From the NCBI GenBank assembly GCA_001642005.1, contig LWCA01000027.1:1-64000 (forward strand): a stretch of DNA of 64,000 bases. The letters run 5' to 3'. Position numbers and translations under genes: made by a program. A model generated the notes under the pieces. It made no database searches, was not told where the DNA came from, and saw only the letters and a program-made list of their open reading frames with translations. Source of the stretch: Intoshia linei (Eukaryota > Animalia > Orthonectida). Within the stretch, counting starts at the first letter, position 1. Each line of letters begins with the position of its first letter. Shown one piece after another: positions 57,006 through 64,000 of the stretch.

Positions 57006-60000
57006 TTATGCGTGTGGATTTGGCTTGGAAGCACCATTCATTAATTCTCTAAACAAATAGTAACATGGATATGATCACGGAATACTCATATTCAATAGTT
57101 TGACTGTTGTCTTCGTCAAGGTTTTTCAACAATGCGTCCATTTGTCGCTAATAATGTAAATAAATGAAGCGTAAACAATTTATGTAGTATACGTTGGTGA
57201 GGCGCAGACCCAAATCTTTTAGTCCGAATTTCAATTCTTCTAGGGTTATATGACCAGATTTGTTTGTATCAAGTTGGTAAAATAAATCCTCGATTCGATC
57301 ATAGTTTTTTTTAATAAACGTATCAAATGTGACTATCACTGCTCGGTTAATCTTCGAATACCTTTCGCTTTTGGTTAAAGTGTATATTATTTTTTTATCT
57401 ACATATGTTGCATTCGTTTTTTGAATGAGTTTAATTAATTTTGAATTGAGGCTAATATCCTAAATTTATTAGCCATGTACCAATAATTATAATTGACTTA
57501 CCTCTATTCCCAGCAATTTTAGACAAGTATGTTCTTTGAATACATTGATCAACTTTATGATACTTTCTTCTCCAAAATTGTTCATTCCCACCTAAAATTA
57601 ATAAGTACATTACAACTGAATCAAATTACCAAAAACGTTTCCAATTTCTCATTTTTATTTAGACCGGAGGCTATGTAGTTGGCACACTCATCGTCTAATC
57701 TGTTGTGACTACATTTTTTGATAAAATTTATCATAAATAGATAAATAAATAGCTATAATAAAATTACGTTATATCGAGAACACGTAGTGTTTTATTTATT
57801 CTTAAAGATTTGGCGACTAAATGGTGTAATTTAAATTTGAAAAATTTCATGTTAAAATGATCAAAAAAAGTACGTTCCAGAGCCCCTTCAATGGCCAGTC
57901 CATTCCAAGATAAATCTACAATTTCTAAGCTAGTGTTTTTCTAAATTTGTAAAGATAAGAGTAAGTACTATTCACCTGTAATACGTTGCATATTGCTGAA
58001 GCTCCTTTTCCTCTGATACAGTTCCAACTCAAGTCTAAATCCGATAGGTAGACGTTTTTTTCCTAAGAAAAATGTATTTATTCTATTGATTCTTTAATAA
58101 AATCAAATTACCAAGCCATTTGCTAGTAGAATACCACCTAATTCTCCGAAATAATTGTAACTCAAATCTAGAGAAGCCAAAGACATGTTCCTTGTCAATG
58201 CACTTGAAAGTCTCATAGCGTCTTTATCGGTAAGTTGATTTCCTAAACATAGTCATTGGTGTGATATACGCATTTGATAGGGTTCTAAAACTGCTTATGG
58301 AATCTAGGGTTGGATATATTAGAAGTTTGTTTAAAAAGTCATATTCAATTGTTTCAATACTTTGATGATTAATCCGAAAAATAAGTGAATATTTACTAGG
58401 GCTACGTTGCGTAAAAAAATTTGAAAAATTTACCAAGTGCTGTTCAGAAATTGAAAAAATAAAAATTTGTTGTCTTCATAATTTTGAATTATAAAAAAAT
58501 TACACATTGTTACACGTTAATAGTAAATAACTACATTTTTATTCGATTGAAATGTTCAAATAAAAACAAAAAAGTATTTCCTTAATTTCAAAGATAAATA
58601 TCCTAATTATTAATGTATAATATATTTACCGCTCAAATAAAGAACTTTTAAAGTTGTATTTTTTTCAAGCATGCTAAACATTAAATTTATTATTAATTTA
58701 ATTAATAATAATGCTAATGAAACAAAAATTCCCTCTATATAAATGACTACTAGCATCATTCTCTCTATTTTTTCGAAATTGAGAATTTATAACTATAGAA
58801 CAGTGTTTCGCAATTTTTTTTTCGCTTTGAACCATATTTTATTCTAAAACGTTTTGTGGTCAATGTATATGTTTTAAACTTTGTAAAATAATTATGGTTT
58901 CAACGATTGTCTTTTTAAATGAGCTTCCCATAAAATTACCAGCCTTCTCCGAATATTACCCTTAAAAATCCAACTTACCTCAGTATGAAATAAAAAGATT
59001 TTATTTATGTAAATTTATCATCACAAAGTATATTATAGTCACATAATATAACAGTCTAATAGCGATAATAAAAAATGTTAATGGATATATTTTAAGTAAT
59101 ATATTATAACTATATGAGCAGAGCCGTCTTAAGCCACTTCAGGGTCCTGGGCTAAGCAAAGGGCCGGGGCCCTTTAAAATTTCGAGCGAAGCGATAAAAA
59201 AAATTAGATCCCCTGTTTAGAAGACACGGCATACTGTTAGTTCAAACTAAGAGTCTTATTTCATTGAGTATTAACAAAAGCATTAAAAGATATTATGTAG
59301 GTCTCTAGTAACTTTTATTTATTTTAAAAAAACCTACTTACATTATTTTATGAACAAAGTTTACTTTTTCATTTGAAAATATGTACCATGCAGTCACAAA
59401 AAACTCTTGACAATTCTTCACAAATGTTGTTTTCTCACTTTTTTTTTGAGAGAAATCAGATATGATATTATCAAAACTGATACCATTCTCAATTGACATT
59501 AATGAGAGCGCATTCAAACGAGGTTGAGCTAAGCAATTTCGAAGTTCATTTTTAATTATTTTTAAGTTTAGAAAAAGTTCACACTTGAATAAACTTCAAA
59601 ACTTATAATCTGATTCTTAAGATATAAATGTGAAGTATTTTTTAATAAATTAGGGCCTCTTTTTAAGATATAAATGTAAAGTACTTTTATTAATTTATGG
59701 TCCTTTTTTAAGGAGGGGTCCTGAGCTACAGCCCATATTGCTCATGCCTTAAAACGGCTCTGTATATGAGGACTAGTAAAATTTTTCTGTGGACCATTGG
59801 AAGTCCACATGTACCACCTTGAGAATCACTTTCATATAATCAACAGAGAAACCTTTAAATTAATGGCTAGATTACAATAAAATGTTAATTTTAATACAAA
59901 TTGTAAAGTTTAATACAAAATAATTAAAATCTATTTTATCAAAAATACATTTTCAATTTTTATTTTAATTGAAATATTTAAAAAATATTTGTTAATAATA

Positions 60001-62204
60001 TATTAAAAATTATTTTTCACCGGTAATGCGTAGATTTTAGGGGTTGAAATTTTGTATTTATATCAACTGGAATAAGCTCTATCAGAATAATCTTTTTTTT
60101 TTCATTTTCGGATCGTTAATTATTTTACATTTTTTATTAAATTTATTATACATTTATTATTACATTTTTAATATAATATTTCGGAAAAAAATATACACTT
60201 TTACATTTTACATTATTTGTACATGAATACTAAAATGCTTTTTTGACGTGAATTCGTCATTTATTCGGATTGAATTTTTTGTGTATGTTAACAGGATACA
60301 ATTGTACCATTGGTAATTTTTTTTACATTTTAGGGCCGTTTTCATATAAAAAAAGGGTAATTTGGGGTTTTGGTCATGAATATGTAACTTTTTTAAATTT
60401 AAATTAATGATAATGTTTATGGTTTTAAAATCCGTATCAGTGTATATACTTTATTAAATTCTTTAACTCGTTTGATTTTCAAAAAAAAGGACAATTGAGG
60501 TTTTTGACCAGTAAGATGTGAGTTTGGAAGGTTGAAATTTACCTTATTATCACCCCAGAAAAAACTGTAATTGAAATGTGGACTTTATAAAATTCTATGA
60601 CTAATAGTTATTGAAATAAAATGAAACACATTGTATAAGTATGGATTATAAATATAATTGTTATCATAGTTTTTATTTTTAAATTTGATATTAAGTTGGT
60701 ATAATGTAGGGTTCCGACCATTTTCACGATAATAAATTGTAATATTTATAGCGGACCATTAAAGCGAAATTGCTACTATTAAAAAAAATTTGATTAAAAA
60801 AGTTAAAAAAATGACTTCTAATTAGTAAAAAATTTCTCACAATTATTTCGCGAACCGGTAAATAATTTTCACGGAACTGTACTACTCCGCGGAGTAGCAT
60901 TTTGGAAACGTTGGTATAATAAAAAATTCAATATAAATATAAATAATATAAATATTGCTTGGAGTAGCAGTATAAGGAAATTATCAAAACATTTATGCGA
61001 CGTCTAAATCTGAAAAAAAGTGATGCATTTGATAAAAATCGAACGAACAAATTTTACATTTAAGATTATTCTTTTACCAACAATAGAGAAGATGTAAATT
61101 GGGATAAACTTGCATTAAAAAATTGCACGAACACTGCTGCTCTCATATAGAAGAATTGCCATCTCCCCATCCATCTAAAATAGCGCGGTTACCTAAAATG
61201 TATTTCCAATACATTGTTGGATCAATGAAACTGTGTATGAAAAAGTTGTTTTATACAAGACTACTTTTTTTGGTACCTTATATATTTTTTAAAACAACAT
61301 TTATATTTTTCGGTACCACCTCTTCAAGTTTCTCTAACAAATGAGGTTGCTGAGCGTGCAATAAACAGAGTACAATACCTATGAAACAGATCGTCATTCA
61401 AGTATATTGACGATTAACTAGTCAATGATACAATTAATAAACTTAATATATAAATATATAGAAATAATAAACAAAAAAAATTATAGATGTGATTTATAGC
61501 AGCCATTCTCAACGGGGTCCACATCACTTTTTTGGGGGTCCATGAAAATTATATACATTTATTACATATTATCGACATTTTCAGTTAAAGATTAATATCG
61601 GGTTAAAGATTAATATTAATTGTTTATCAAGTTTATCATCTAGCAAAAATAAAGTACTCCATGTCTTTTGAACATCATTCGTTTCACCAAAATGTAATGA
61701 TTCATTAAAAATTGTCATTATTATTAATTTTTTTGGGGTCCACAGCGAATAAGGGTTGAGAATGCCTGATTTATAAGATATTACTCATACTACACGGTCA
61801 TGTATTTTATCAATTTCTAAAATTCGACTAAAAAGCTAACGCTCTAGTGGTCATAATCATATAATTGTATTATGCGTGGCTAGGTTAGGATCCCGATTTG
61901 GACATTTTTTATTTATGATGAACTTATCTGAGTTCCTATCTGCCAATCGTTACAGTATGATTCAAATATTATAATTGTTTATAAAAAGGATTACTCTGAG
62001 AATGCATTTAGTCCATTAGATTTCATGCAATTATTGGAAACGTTCTAAACATTTAAAATATAATACATCAAAATAATAAAAAAATAATATACGTACAATA
62101 TTTACAATGAACATGTTTTCATTCAAAACTTTTGCTATTTCCTGAGAACTTTTTTCCATCAAATAATTATTGCTAACATCCAATTCTTCACATATAGTGT
62201 TTAG
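57006..62204 (-). CDS. RI-like leucine-rich repeat protein with C-terminal EF-hand pair (LRRC74-like); 5' end not located
   Basis: Phase-compatible exons: LNTICEELDVSNNYL.., NVSNNCM.., NTTLKVLYLSG|NQLTD.., LDLSYNYFGE, LDLSWNCIRG, VDLSWNGL, LRVLDIT|HNRL. EF-hands LDTNKSGHITLEEL and LDEDNSQTIEYEEL. Stop at 57006-57008. Confidence 0.82.
59119..59762 (-). mobile_element. Internally deleted hAT element, nested in an older hAT MITE (~58801-59830)
   Basis: TIRs CAGAGCCGTCTTAAG...CTTAAAACGGCTCTG with perfect TSD TATATGAG. The minus-strand remnant FSKLKIIKNELRNCLAQPRLNALSLMSIE is a hAT dimerisation domain. Confidence 0.87.
61500..61768. mobile_element. hAT-type MITE
   Basis: CAGCCATTCTCAAC...GTTGAGAATGCCTG with TSD ATTTATAG/ATTTATAA and GGGGTCCA subterminal motifs. 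Confidence 0.78.
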
Positions 62205-64000
62205 CTAAAATGCTATATTACATTACATGCGAACGTTTACAAAATGGGGTCCGTGAAATATTTTGTAGTAGCTTGACTGTTATGTACTTTGTACAAACAA
62301 CAAAAACAATAGATAGTTCTTCTTAGGGTTAATGTTTTAATTTTAAGACTGATTTTTTTAATTAACTTTTCGAATGGGATGTTAATATCTAAGTTTCCTT
62401 TTTATAAATTGAGTCCTTCATGATAAAAAACCTAATTTCGCATTTTTTTTTAATAATAAAATAACCAAATAATTTAAAAAGACATATAATGTAAGTTGGG
62501 ACGTGTTTTAAAAGCATTAACATTTTTGTAACTCTCACCTCAGAAACCCATTCATGATGAAAACCTCAAAATGAAATGTTTCAAAATGTTGTTTTAAAAA
62601 TGAAAAATTTCCTAAAATTTTATAAAACTCTAGTTATACTTTAAACTTAAAATATTACTTAAACTTTAAATAATTTTATAGTTGTGTTTTAGTATTTAAA
62701 AATAGCATGGAGAATTTGGGGTATTTTCGCTGAAAAACTCAATTTCTGAAATCTAATTTGCGATAAAATCTAATCCTCAAAAAACTGCATTAGATATTGG
62801 TGTTTTTAAAACTCTACATATCTTACTTTCGTAAATATTATGGAAGACACAAAATTAAAAAACTGGAACCTTCCTTAATTTGGTTGGATTGTAAACTGGA
62901 AATTTGGTACAAAAAAATTTCCAAAAAAAACCCTTTAAAATATATACTAAAAAAAGTATTCCTAAAAACCCCGTTCAAAATATGGTAAAAAAAATTTCCA
63001 AAAAAACTTGTTTGTAAAATTATTTGGAAATTAAAACTAAAAGTATAGCCAGTTGTGAATTACAAAATAGTTAAGTATTTGATAAATGTAGGCAGTTTCT
63101 ATTACTTTGTAAATATAGCTAAATAAGTAGGTTAGTTGTACTAAATTGGTTGGTGGTTGTTAGTAAAATATTAATTTAGTAACTAAAATGTATTAATATC
63201 TAAGATATATTTTGATTATAAAAGTACTTTTTTGACGGTGAAGACGTTACTTAGTGAAATCAAAAATTTTTGTGAGTTATAAGATGAGATAACTGTATGA
63301 ACTGTATTTTTTTCAAAATTCCAGGACAATTTTAATTTTATAAAATTAGGGTCATTTGGGGTTTTAACCCTAAAGATATATTTTTTTAATTTTAAATTTA
63401 TGATAATAGTTGTGATTTTAAAATCTGTATCAGAGTGTATATTTTGTATTATTTATTATTATAATTTGAGTCAATTATGAAATACATGTATTCATATTTC
63501 AGATTTAAATCAGGTGAAGCGAATATTAACTTTTCTATGCTAAAAATCTAATATAGTGTTGCTCATTGCACATGCGGGCTGACCAAGGCCACATTTTCAT
63601 TTATTATACTCCATCAGTTTCAAAAACGATAATTATCCTGTATGTTCTTCTTTTCAATATGAATAATTAGTCTAATATTTTAGTTTTTAATCCAATTTAT
63701 ACAAATTACTAAAAGTTGACACAATAAAATATAAGTTTCTTTTCATATATACAATAATTTTGACAATATTGTATATTGACAAAAAAATAACTGGGTGATG
63801 TAAATTGTTTATTTAGGTTTGTAAAATATTCTAAATTATTTAAAATTATTTCAATTTTAGAGGTTTTGGGTACATTTATAAAAGTTGTAAACAAATTAGC
63901 GTAGTTCCATTCATATCTTATGAATCCTTACAAAATGCTAATTTATAAATTTATTACCAGGAGGTTAATACGAGCGAAATATTATATTATATGGAATACA

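Noticed and set aside
61020-61400. ORF 61123-61344 and an antisense GWGDGN segment
   Set aside because: No continuous frame or recognisable domain; probably decayed mobile DNA in the LRR gene intron.

Overview
Very AT-rich animal genomic DNA with many 30-45 nt GT-AG introns. This architecture resembles a genome-reduced parasitic metazoan such as the orthonectid Intoshia (inference only). About 13 spliced or single-exon genes were reconstructed by hand: ZCCHC4(-), CAD(+), a small unknown gene(-), MTG1(+), KDELR/ERD2(-), CDC20(+), a BMP-type TGF-beta ligand(+), ERR nuclear receptor(-), an intronless RING/B-box/NHL TRIM(+), AMPK beta(+), a secreted Cys-rich protein(+), PDCD2(-), a Lys-rich membrane-anchored protein(-) and a 5'-incomplete LRR+EF-hand (LRRC74-like) gene(-). 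The most striking property is that many intergenic spacers have almost vanished: convergent stop codons lie 2, 14, 21 and 53 nt apart, and same-strand stop-to-ATG gaps are 40, 87 and 129 nt, suggesting overlapping 3' ends and possibly operon-like transcription. Most DNA-transposon debris (Chapaev-like, hAT/Buster MITEs, piggyBac and pogo MITEs, Helitron-like repeats) sits in the large introns. Other highlights are a plant-type DD39D mariner with Stowaway-like CTCCCTCCGT termini and a CDC20 lacking the C-terminal IR tail. Exon boundaries are manual predictions and are not confirmed by transcripts.
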